Both the position numbers and the translations under genes were made by a program. Shown here piece after piece: positions 22,786 to 31,358 of a stretch of 64,000 bases of DNA. The stretch comes from an uncultured Nitrospiraceae bacterium. GTDB lineage: Bacteria; Nitrospirota; Thermodesulfovibrionia; Thermodesulfovibrionales; Dissulfurispiraceae. The DNA lies in the NCBI GenBank assembly GCA_963727805.1, contig CAVSHF010000003.1, forward strand, positions 2,304,001-2,368,000, in the 5' to 3' direction. The notes under the pieces were generated by a model. That model made no database searches. It had not been told where the DNA came from and saw only the letters and a list, made by a program, of their open reading frames with translations. Positions within the stretch are counted from its first letter, which is position 1. The number at the start of each line of letters is the position of its first letter.

Positions 22786-22948
22786 AAAAAAGTGGTGCTT
22801 GCTTCCTTTCTCTACTCAGCGGTTTGCAACATCTTGAGACATTCGACATGAGACTCTTTGTGTCTGACATCTTACGTCCTGCGACTTTACAACCATTCGC
22901 TGAGCTCTGAAAGGAGCAAGACCACCACTTGGTGAGCGTGTCCTCTTG
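22786..22948 (-). ncRNA. Candidate rod-shaped non-coding RNA (unclassified)
   Basis: Nested helices AAGUGGUG/CACCACUU, CUUGCU/AGCAAG, CCUUUC/GAAAGG, CUCAGCG/CGCUGAG, GACGU/AUGUC, AGAC/GUCU over 22790-22930; G-U pairs on the minus strand; promoter upstream; ends in U6. Confidence 0.65.
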
Positions 22949-22953
22949 ATTCA

Positions 22954-22982
22954 TTTATACACCCATTTCCGGTCATTGTCAA
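22954..22982 (-). promoter_or_regulatory. Sigma70-type promoter
   Basis: TTGACA (22982-22977), 17-bp spacer, TATAAA (22959-22954). Confidence 0.75.
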
Positions 22983-23033
22983 GTTAATTTTTATGCAACA
23001 GTTAATTTTTATGCAATGTTAATTTTTATGCAA
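22983..23033. repeat. Three exact 16-bp direct repeats GTTAATTTTTATGCAA
   Basis: Copies at 22983-22998, 23001-23016 and 23018-23033. Confidence 0.95.
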
Positions 23034-23183
23034 CCTTTTTAAAGGGAAAAGAACTCAGATTTAATCGACAAAATACCACAATTTATCGCAAATACAACTG
23101 TAATTGCCAAAAATATAGCCCGATTCCCAATATATACCTTCTCAAATTGCATCTGTATACATTATGGAAATTCCGGGCAGGTT

Positions 23184-25311
23184 TCCGGGTAGGAGCAGCG
23201 ATTGCTCGCCACTCCCCCCACAGACCCGGACGAGCCCGATTAAGGCATCCGGTTCGTCAGTAACAAGAGGCATACAGCCTCTGGCTAACTAAACGGATTC
23301 GACCCGTTTAGCGCATAACTTTGCTGACCTGCATGGTTTAGATATCATGGACTATTCGGGGCGACGGCAGTGGGAACAGCCGCTCCAGCTTTGGGAATTC
23401 ATCCTCCCAATTCATCGATCCCTTATTGCTGCGACGACTCAACCAGTAGTGCCACGCCTTCCGTACATGCCTGTAGACAAGCAGCAACTTACGGTAATTG
23501 CCTCTGATGCCGTAATATTGGTAGTGACCTTTTAACTTAAGGGTTAGAACACGACATTGTTCCTTAAGCGGCTCATGTCGGTGTTCCCGACACCACTCCC
23601 AAGCGCGCTTCATGGCCCGGCGCAGCCTTTTCTTGGCTGTTTGCCGCTTTACTATCCAGTACCCCCGCCGCGTCTTCGCCCAGTAGTGCGTAAAACCCAA
23701 AAAGTCAATGCTCCCATTTTCCTCAGGGTCGCTCTTGCCTTTTGGCCTTCCGAACCTAACCAGCTTCGTCTTTGTCGGGTGTATCGTTAGCCCGTACTGT
23801 TGGAGTCTCTCAGTCAGAACGGGCAATATCCATTGTGCATCAGATTCGTGTTCGCATCCGATTAGAAAGTCATCGGCAAAACGAATCAGAAAGCTCTGTC
23901 CCTTAATGCTGGGCTTCACTTCCTTGACATACCACTCATCCAGCACATGGTGTAGGAATATATTGGCCAGAATCGGCGATATGACTCCGCCCTGCGGCGT
24001 GCCCTTCTCTGGGTATGTCAGAGTTTCCCCTTCTATTACCCCGGCATTCAGCCATTTGCCGATTAGCCGTATTATTCCTCCATCGTTGACCCTTTGCCTG
24101 ATTATTTCCAACAGCCTGCCGTGATCGATATTATCGAAATAGCCTTTGACATCCGCATCCACTATCCAGCCGATGTTCCCTTTCACGCATTTCTGTTGAA
24201 GCTCGCTTAACGCCTGATGCTGGCTATGGCCGCGTCTGAAGCCGTGAGAGAAGGCGAAAAAGTCGCTCTCATACACTGCCTCAAGGAGCATCGCTACCGC
24301 ACGTTGAACTACTTTGTCTTCAAACGTCGGAAGTCCTAACGGCCTTTCCCCTCCGTCATCCTTAGGTATCCACACCCGGTTTACAGGCGGAGCATGATAC
24401 CGTCCTCCCTTGAGTCGTGTGTGCAGCTCCCGTAGATTTTCTTCGAGGTTTGATGCGTATTCTTCTGCTGTGACCCGGTCTATACCGGGCGCAGCGTCTT
24501 TTCGGGTCAGCCTGTAGGCTTCCCGCAAGAATTCCACATCTACGTGGTGCGCCAGCGTAGTGAACACCATCTCCGGATACCGGATGGCCTGCGCTGCAAT
24601 CCACCGAAGTTTCGTTGATACGGTTTGTGAGTTCGAAGCCTCTCCCATATTTCCTCTCGGTGAAACGTTATACCCGGCCTCGCCTTCCCTTCAGTGGGTC
24701 CCTTGGTCCTCGGTTCCCCACCTTCCCGGCCCGCTGGGGCCTTCGGTACTATGCTCGGCTAAGACTGCCTCATGTCCATCCCTAGTCTCTTCGTTTGTCA
24801 CTCGATTCCCGGTACCACGTTTGCTCTCTGTCTTCGTTCGTCGATGTGCGAGAGCCCTCACCGACGCCTGGGGCTTTTGTTCTTCCGGTCGCCCTCTTCC
24901 CTTCCGGTTCTCAACGTGGAGACATGCGGCCCTCCCAAGTTCCCGATCTATCCCTTTGAATGTATGCCCTGCTCTCAGACCCCGGTGGTGTTCTGATGCT
25001 CGCCATTGCGCATTCAGAACTGCTGTCTTCCAGTTGTCCGAGACTGTCGACTTTCCCTCCAATGCCCTGAAGGTTATCTTACTGACCACAATGTCAACGA
25101 TTTCGGGGCTCACTAACACGGCCTACATTCTCGCTACACCCAGCTCCGCACCTCCCCTCGCGAGGACGCACGCGGGTTCGCTTCCGACCTGTTGGCTAAG
25201 CTTTGGCCGGATGGGACTTGAGGTTTTCCGCCTCTCACCCATTGGATAGCAACAGCAAATTTCATCTCCTTTTCGCGAGATTCCCGATGCCTCGGATTTA
25301 CCTTGGCGCGA
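23184..25311 (-). mobile_element. Group II intron, apparently full length (class E-like)
   Basis: Domain V at 23255-23223 (GAACCGGAUGCC...GUCCGGGUC); domain VI ending CUACCCGGA; 5' end UCGCGCC; EBS1 region at 25040-25033 complementary to the 5' exon; RT ORF inside. 3' boundary uncertain by about 1 nt. Confidence 0.9.
23338..24648 (-). CDS. ltrA: Group II intron reverse transcriptase/maturase, no endonuclease domain
   Basis: RVWIPK, RPLGLPTFEDK, GTPQGG, RFADD, DFLGF and maturase X domain; 436 aa. Confidence 0.95.
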   Translation of the reverse strand: MGEASNSQTVSTKLRWIAAQAIRYPEMVFTTLAHHVDVEFLREAYRLTRKDAAPGIDRVTAEEYASNLEENLRELHTRLKGGRYHAPPVNRVWIPKDDGGERPLGLPTFEDKVVQRAVAMLLEAVYESDFFAFSHGFRRGHSQHQALSELQQKCVKGNIGWIVDADVKGYFDNIDHGRLLEIIRQRVNDGGIIRLIGKWLNAGVIEGETLTYPEKGTPQGGVISPILANIFLHHVLDEWYVKEVKPSIKGQSFLIRFADDFLIGCEHESDAQWILPVLTERLQQYGLTIHPTKTKLVRFGRPKGKSDPEENGSIDFLGFTHYWAKTRRGYWIVKRQTAKKRLRRAMKRAWEWCREHRHEPLKEQCRVLTLKLKGHYQYYGIRGNYRKLLLVYRHVRKAWHYWLSRRSNKGSMNWEDEFPKLERLFPLPSPRIVHDI

Positions 25312-25568
25312 CGGACAACCGTTCCGATTTAGAAACGGGGCAAGGTACTTGGATTATCTGGCTACATCTTCGTGGCGCAGTTGCGGTTCGGACGGTTGCT
25401 ATAACTTTGGGATAGCCTGACCACTGCGAAACATGAAGTGCCCGTGCACAGGGCGAGATGATGCAACTCGGTGTACATAGAGCTTCTTACGCCATTTCAG
25501 TTAGACCATCATGTCGACAGCCTCTTGAATCATTTTACTAAGACGGCCATAAGTAAGAATACATGATC

Positions 25569-25639
25569 GACATTCTACGATTTGATCGGGGAATCCAGAC
25601 CCATTTGCTATGGATACGGCGGTCAAACCGGAGTATGAC
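25569..25639. repeat. Degenerate REP/RPE-like palindromic element
   Basis: GACATTCTACGATTTGATCGGGGAATCCAG...TGGATACGGCGGTCAAACCGGAGTATGAC fits the GTCAT...ATCCA...TGGAT...ATGAC layout. Confidence 0.55.
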
Positions 25640-25743
25640 AAACTAGCGAACTATGCCGCCATACTAATGACCGTCTTCGTAGGTCACAGGAGCCACAATC
25701 TTCTCGGCTCCTGCAACGATGAAATGGGATTATTGGAGGGTCT

Positions 25744-25989
25744 TTATACGTATTTGTTGATTGACGGCTTAGCGGCCGTTGAGCCTTCCTGTTTTGTTGT
25801 TTCCGGCACTTTGCTGGTATCGATGTCTACCCCGACGGTGCCTTTTGTTTGTGGTGCAGTTGCCGTTTGTGATGATTGGCTGGCATGCTCATGCTTGTGT
25901 TTTTTGGCAGCCTTGTGTGTTGTTGTCGGGATGGTTGTTAGTGTTGTTCTTGGTTCTGTTGTAGAGTCTGTTACAGAATTAATAGCCAT
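25744..25989 (-). CDS. Small Thr/Lys-rich low-complexity hypothetical protein
   Basis: AAGGGGG RBS before ATG; 81 aa; directly downstream of the flagellar-rod-like gene. Confidence 0.55.
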   Translation of the reverse strand: MAINSVTDSTTEPRTTLTTIPTTTHKAAKKHKHEHASQSSQTATAPQTKGTVGVDIDTSKVPETTKQEGSTAAKPSINKYV

Positions 25990-26096
25990 AAATTCCCCCT
26001 TTTGCGATATTGTAAAGAGTTCTTACAAAAACTCGTAATGCTTATGCACAGAGTTTCAACTTACTGTGCCGATTTACACTTATGGTCACGACATCA

Positions 26097-26402
26097 CTAT
26101 ATTTTCAGATCAACCAAGCTCTTAATAACTTGATTGCCCGTCTGCATAGATTTGATATTTGCCTCAACCCCCATCTTCTCGATTATCATCTCAGTCATTT
26201 CCTGTGCAGGATCAACACCTGTATTCTGGCTTTGGCTCAAAGTCACCCTAACGCCACCGTTGGGATCCTCATTCATCACCGCAGTAGACGGCTTGAAATC
26301 ATTTGTTTGCATATTGGCAACATTGTTTGCCGTTACCGCCAACCCGACGCTGAAAGCGTTTATTCCACTACTTGCGCTGTTAGTGATGCTTCCGATAGGC
26401 AT
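26097..26402 (-). CDS. Short flagellar basal-body rod family protein (FlgC-like)
   Basis: TANNVANMQTNDFK N-terminal motif; VD...EMTEM...EANIK...DL C-terminal motif; GGAGG RBS; 101 aa. Confidence 0.75.
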   Translation of the reverse strand: MPIGSITNSASSGINAFSVGLAVTANNVANMQTNDFKPSTAVMNEDPNGGVRVTLSQSQNTGVDPAQEMTEMIIEKMGVEANIKSMQTGNQVIKSLVDLKI

Positions 26403-26558
26403 ATTTGACCCTCCATTCCCTATATCGACTAATAATTTCATTATCACAGAAATGCAATTATTTTCCAGTGCCATAGCACACAAAATGGGAACAATTTGCT
26501 TATTTAGTGACACACATCACCTGTATATTCGCGGAAAGCACAAAGCGCCACCAGCTAA

Positions 26559-28204
26559 CCCAGATAATTCATAAATAATCGGCAAAAAAATAGCCAACGT
26601 CCTTTGAACCTTGGTATTATTGAAGGTGCGAGCAACAAAAACCCAAGAAAGGACATTGGCTACTATGACAAAGTGTAACACAGAACAGCTTGGATTTTCA
26701 TTCCTGCGGAAGCGCAAACTGACGGTGGATTTTGGAGGCGGAGAGATCACATCTGACTCCGGACTTCTGCTTGTCAGGCAGGCCGATCAAGCATTGGGAC
26801 TCTTGAAAGGATTGGCGAGCTGCATCACAGACCGGCGGGATTGTCGGTACACAGATCATGACTTGTTGACTCTTCTGAGACAGCGAATATATCAGATAGT
26901 GGCAGGCTATGAAGACTGCAATGACGCGAACTTTCTGAGGAAAGATCCCGCATTGAAAGCAGCTTGCGGCAGGATGCCAAGCGACAAGGAACTGGGATCG
27001 CAGCCTACACTGTCGAGGTTGGAGAACACCGTAACCCAAGAAGATCTTTATCGGATGGGGCAGTGGTTTGTTGATCTGTATGTCCGTCGCAACCGGAAGC
27101 GTAAGCCAAAGCGAATCATCATTGATGTCGACGGCACCGACGATCCTACATATGGGGACCAACAGCTCACCTTTTTTCACGGCTACTATGATCAGTATAT
27201 GTATCATCCTTTGTTGGTCTATGATGCTGATACAGGAGAGATGATCACAGCAGTATTGAGGGCAGGCAATCGACACGCAAGTTATGGCGTGGTTTCAATC
27301 TTGAAGCGGATAGTGGCGAGGCTCCAGGCAGCGTTTCCCAATGCTGAGATCATCATACGAGGTGACGCGGGGTTTGCGATCCCGGCCTTATATGAGTACT
27401 GCGAGAAAGAAAAGCTGAGTTATGTAATCGGCCTTATTCGCAACGACGTACTGGAGCGAATGATCGAAAGACTTCTTGAGAAGGTACAATCTCTCCACGA
27501 AAAGACAGGACAGAAGCAACGACTCTTTGCAGAGGGTTTTTATCAGGCACAGAGCTGGGAAAAAGAACGCCGAGTAATCATGAAGGCCGAATGGCTGCCG
27601 CAGGGACCAAACCGTCGGTTTGTGGTGACGAATCTTTCTATGGAGGCCAAACAACTCTACGAGTTCTACACAGAGCGCGGTGGCACTTGCGAGGTGCGCA
27701 TTGATGAATTCAAAAACGGGCTGAAGGCGGATCGGTTAAGTTGCCATCGTTTTGCTGCCAATCAGTTCAGGCTTTTTCTGCACATGGCTGCATATTGGCT
27801 CGTACTGCGGCTCAGACAAGCGCTTGCTGAAACAGAGTTCTCATCGATGCAGATTCAGCAGCTCAGGACAAGGATCTTAAAGATCGGCGGCCAAGTAGTT
27901 CAGACAGCCAGACGGGTATGGTTCCGCCTGGCGAGCGGCTATCCTTGGAAAGACATCTTTGCCTTGGCATATCGACGACTTGCCGCTGATACCTGCTGAA
28001 ATTTCCCGAAGCCCAAAAGCACAGTAAAGTTCCAACGGGTGAAGTGCGCTCAAAACAGGGCTGCAGTGTCCCATACATCGTATTGCATGCGACCACAAGC
28101 CTCTCGTCACCTCAAAAAGTTGACTGACAATCCATTCTACCGTGCTCTCAGCGATGAAACAGCTTCAATTCGGCTCAGTTCTGAAAATTTATGAATTAAC
28201 TGGG
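26559..28204 (+). mobile_element. IS1380-family insertion sequence, intact
   Basis: Terminal IRs CCCAGATAATTCATAAAT / ATTTATGAATTAACTGGG; CTAA duplicated at 26555-26558 and 28205-28208. Confidence 0.93.
26665..27999 (+). CDS. IS1380-family DDE transposase
   Basis: FGGGEITSDSG, GYEDCND, SQPTLSRLEN, RGDAGF, RGGTCEVRIDEFK. Confidence 0.93.
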   Translation: MTKCNTEQLGFSFLRKRKLTVDFGGGEITSDSGLLLVRQADQALGLLKGLASCITDRRDCRYTDHDLLTLLRQRIYQIVAGYEDCNDANFLRKDPALKAACGRMPSDKELGSQPTLSRLENTVTQEDLYRMGQWFVDLYVRRNRKRKPKRIIIDVDGTDDPTYGDQQLTFFHGYYDQYMYHPLLVYDADTGEMITAVLRAGNRHASYGVVSILKRIVARLQAAFPNAEIIIRGDAGFAIPALYEYCEKEKLSYVIGLIRNDVLERMIERLLEKVQSLHEKTGQKQRLFAEGFYQAQSWEKERRVIMKAEWLPQGPNRRFVVTNLSMEAKQLYEFYTERGGTCEVRIDEFKNGLKADRLSCHRFAANQFRLFLHMAAYWLVLRLRQALAETEFSSMQIQQLRTRILKIGGQVVQTARRVWFRLASGYPWKDIFALAYRRLAADTC

Positions 28205-29062
28205 CTAAAACGATCGAGAACTCGGCACTCTCAATCTCACTTTATTTCACGATACTAATAAAGAGAAGAATATGGATAAAGGTAGCGATGACACCATAGT
28301 GACATGCAGTATCAGACTTCAAGACCTCAAGCAGTGGGAAATGAACGGCAAGGAGACTATACCGTTTTACCTTCACGCGGGAGATAGTGGCGGCTTGGTG
28401 TTCAATGATAAGCCGGAAATCGCATGCCAGTTGATAAGGATATACAATACGCAGAAGATTTCCTTTTACATAAAGCTCGTCTCCTTCCTCAACGCCGAGC
28501 GAGTCGCAGCTCGGATAGTTTCGGCACCGCTAGACGATGTGCTCGAGGTTCACGCCCAACTCTCGAACAATTATGCGCTGAGTCGGTTAAGGTCCTCAAA
28601 GCTAGTGGGGATCATCCCAACCTTTCTGGTGGTCACCGACAATCTCCATTCAGAAATGCGACTTGGTGGCTGCTACTCCGAGTTTCTTAAGTCAAATAGT
28701 CCACAAAGATAATGGGGCGTACACTGCAAGCCACTTGTGATACATTTTTTCGGGAATAAATACCTCCGGGGAAATATCCGCGGTAAAGGTTATCAGGTGA
28801 ATATAAGACTGAAGGAAATCACTTTATGAGACTAAAAAGACCTACGTGTAAATCGGCATCGAATTCTGACCCATCATCGGCGCCCGATGGCGACCCACTC
28901 ATTCATATGCTAAGAAGCTTAAGAACAATATGTTGCAACATTAGCAGGCGAGTCATAGATGAATGCCGATTTAAGCTAAAAGCGCATCAAATGGTCATGC
29001 CGATCAACAGGCAACATAGTAGTACCCATATAGAGGGCACCCATATAGAGGGCACGTGTCAA

Positions 29063-29440
29063 GAGAAAAAATATCCCTATCAAGAAAATCCTTCTTGTTT
29101 TTTTGTTTCAGTTATCATCGTCTATCACCAGTGCCGTTTTTTCTTTAAATAGTGTGTCAGCCTTCACTGCACCACGCACCCATCAGGATTAAGGTAATGC
29201 CCCAAAACATGTACTGCAAGGCAAAACCCTTTCCGCTCATATGCGGACCAGAAAACCTTCGGTACCGGGCCGGGTCCATTTGTTATATCTCAGATTGCAT
29301 GGTTATTAACCAACCCTCACTGGCTCCCGACGCGGACAGTAAAGACGTCGATAACTTTTATGTTACTGCAGGGGACGGGTTCCAATCAGGTGCTTGGCTT
29401 ATTTCCAACTACTCAGTAGGTTCATCGTCCCCTCCAGGTC
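29063..29440 (-). ncRNA. Putative bridge/seek RNA region of the IS1111 element (boundaries approximate)
   Basis: About 380 nt non-coding downstream of the transposase; stem/internal-loop/stem at 29432-29371 with loop segments matching the insertion flanks. Confidence 0.65.
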
Positions 29441-29441
29441 C

Positions 29442-30461
29442 TTATTGAAATGCTTTATCCGGCATAAATATAACCCCATCCCTCATTATGTAATACGCAG
29501 CTCGGGTCAACTTGTGCGCCAGAGCGTTATGTGCAATAGGAGCGTTTGTTTGTTTCAGCTTGCGCTGATAATATTTTTGTGCTTCGGCATCGTGGAACCG
29601 TGCATGGTCTGAAGCTTCAGAAAACGCCCATGCCAGATACTTATTGCCGTTCTTCCTGTTGCCGGTCCCTTTCTTTTTGTCATTACTAAACCTTCCTGCT
29701 GGGACTTTCCTGCAATATGAAGCGTAGTTACCCACAGTCCGGAATCGTTCGATAGAACCAGTTTCTAACATGATAGTAGATGCGAGGATCTTGCCTACCC
29801 CAGGCATGCTTAGAAGACGGTCATAGGGATGACTTAAATGTATCCTTCCATCAATGATGTCCTCCATCGCCTTGATCTGTCTGGTCATGAAGTCTATAGT
29901 TTCCTTGCTCACTTTACCCGCCAGTGCAAGATCCTCGTTGTCAGCAAACAGAGGACTTACTCTGTCCGTCATCAGAAACTTCACATCGTTTGACTTCAGT
30001 CTACTGCCCAGGTTCCGTGCCACAATGTTCTGCAGGCTTACGATGAGAGATGTCCTAAGTTTTACTAAATGTCCTCTCTTCCTCAACAGGTCCCTTATCG
30101 GCCGTTCTTCTTTTGGGTAAATGTACCCCTTAGGCAATATGCACAATCGAAGCATCTCGGCAAGCCAGAAGGCATCATGTTTGTCAGTAGAGTATTTCAG
30201 TCCAGCGTATTGCTGAGCTTTCATTACGTTGGCTAGATGCACCTGGTATCCCTCCTCCTTAAGTAGATCAACTAAAAAGTACCAGTTGTATGTCGACTCT
30301 ACAACAATCCCTTCAATGTCACCTTTGTATGGCCTGAGCGTTTCCTTGATTGTTGCCGGTTCATTAAGGATCTTCTTCTTGAAAATCCTCTTTCCAGTTT
30401 CATCGATGATTCCCACATACGAGTTGTTTGAATGTAAATCAAAACCTGCGTATAATCCCAT
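29442..30461 (-). CDS. IS110-family DEDD transposase/recombinase
   Basis: GFDLH, VVEST, TDKHDA motifs; SMPGVG and ASYC in the C-terminal domain; AGGAGG RBS. Confidence 0.93.
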   Translation of the reverse strand: MGLYAGFDLHSNNSYVGIIDETGKRIFKKKILNEPATIKETLRPYKGDIEGIVVESTYNWYFLVDLLKEEGYQVHLANVMKAQQYAGLKYSTDKHDAFWLAEMLRLCILPKGYIYPKEERPIRDLLRKRGHLVKLRTSLIVSLQNIVARNLGSRLKSNDVKFLMTDRVSPLFADNEDLALAGKVSKETIDFMTRQIKAMEDIIDGRIHLSHPYDRLLSMPGVGKILASTIMLETGSIERFRTVGNYASYCRKVPAGRFSNDKKKGTGNRKNGNKYLAWAFSEASDHARFHDAEAQKYYQRKLKQTNAPIAHNALAHKLTRAAYYIMRDGVIFMPDKAFQ

Positions 30462-30600
30462 ACGGCACCTCCTAAAGGTTAAGATTGGCGTCTTGCCTTT
30501 GAGCATATCAATATATGATATGCTCGGGAGGTGCCCTCTATATGATTATCAGGTGATGTGAAACACATCTTTATGAGTTACTGCGTTATAAAATTGAACT

Positions 30601-31287
30601 ATGAAGATATTCTGTATATTGATACTTTTTCTACTAATTGGTTGCATCGCACATGCCGATATGTATCAGAGCGTAGCCGATGATGGTACTGTCCTTTATT
30701 CGAATATTTCGAGATCCGGATCAAAAGCTGTCATGAAAGAAAAAGCTATCGCGCTAAGAGATAACGCTAAGACTGCCCAAAATAAGATTTATGGAATCGG
30801 CGCGTTTCATCGTGTTGCCGAAGAGAAGGCCATAAAACATAATATCGACCCTAGACTCGTACAGGCTGTCATTTCCGCCGAGTCTAACTGGAATCCCAAT
30901 GCCGTTTCTCAAAAAGGGGCCGTCGGAATGATGCAGTTGATGCCCAAAACAGCAAGAGACATGGGTGTCGGCAATCCACTTAATGCCGATGAGAACATCG
31001 AAGGCGGCGTAAAGTATCTCAGATACCTTCTCACCAAGTTCGGAGGCAATCTTGCTCTCGCACTTGCTGCATATAATGCAGGACCGTCGTTGGTCGAAAA
31101 AGTCGGAGGCATTCCATCGATTCCGGAAACTGTCAGATATGTGAGGCAGGTAATGAATGAATATTCCGGAGGGGGCCACACAGCTTGGGACACAAGTAGC
31201 GATAGTGCGAAAATACTTAGGGTTGTGCTTAAGGATGGAACGCTCCTTATTACTAACTCATACGATACTGCCCACTCTTACAAGTAA
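30601..31287 (+). CDS. Lytic transglycosylase (SLT domain), exported
   Basis: AESNWNPNAVSQKGAVGMMQLMP and AAYNAG motifs; signal peptide. Confidence 0.9.
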   Translation: MKIFCILILFLLIGCIAHADMYQSVADDGTVLYSNISRSGSKAVMKEKAIALRDNAKTAQNKIYGIGAFHRVAEEKAIKHNIDPRLVQAVISAESNWNPNAVSQKGAVGMMQLMPKTARDMGVGNPLNADENIEGGVKYLRYLLTKFGGNLALALAAYNAGPSLVEKVGGIPSIPETVRYVRQVMNEYSGGGHTAWDTSSDSAKILRVVLKDGTLLITNSYDTAHSYK

Positions 31288-31358
31288 CATATAATGCCCG
31301 CTAAAGAGGAACCAGACTGCCTGAGGCTGTCTGGCGAAGTGACTTCGTGACTTTCAGT

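Larger units (their letters stand above)
29024..30551 (-). mobile_element. IS110-family (IS1111 group) insertion sequence
   Basis: 14-bp subterminal IRs CATATAGAGGGCAC, 7 nt from the left end (30544-30531) and 3 nt from the right end (29040-29027); TTGACA near the right end and GATAAT at the left end; long non-coding region after the transposase. Confidence 0.88.

Noticed and set aside
22781..22954. 57-aa minus-strand ORF (MNQEDTLTKWW...) spanning the rod RNA
   Set aside because: Its ATG overlaps the -10 box, upstream of the expected start site, and there is no RBS; pairing explains the sequence better
22983..23033. Possible CRISPR array
   Set aside because: 16-bp repeats with 1-2 bp gaps, no spacers and no cas genes
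23338..24648. RT as retron, DGR or defence-associated RT
   Set aside because: Domains V/VI, maturase domain and EBS1/IBS1 pairing identify a group II intron
24560..25249. 229-aa + and 142-aa - ORFs
   Set aside because: They lie over intron RNA domains I-IV and show no protein motifs
25313..25365. c-di-GMP-I riboswitch resemblance
   Set aside because: No GAAA tetraloop, GCAAA joiner or receptor; better explained as an IS end repeat
28790..28800. TTATCAGGTGA identical to the IS1111 left junction
   Set aside because: Only 11 bp with no adjacent IR; may be chance
28272..29152. ORFs of 146, 88 and 108 aa between the IS elements
   Set aside because: No recognisable motifs; the last runs into the IS1111 end; cannot be supported as genes
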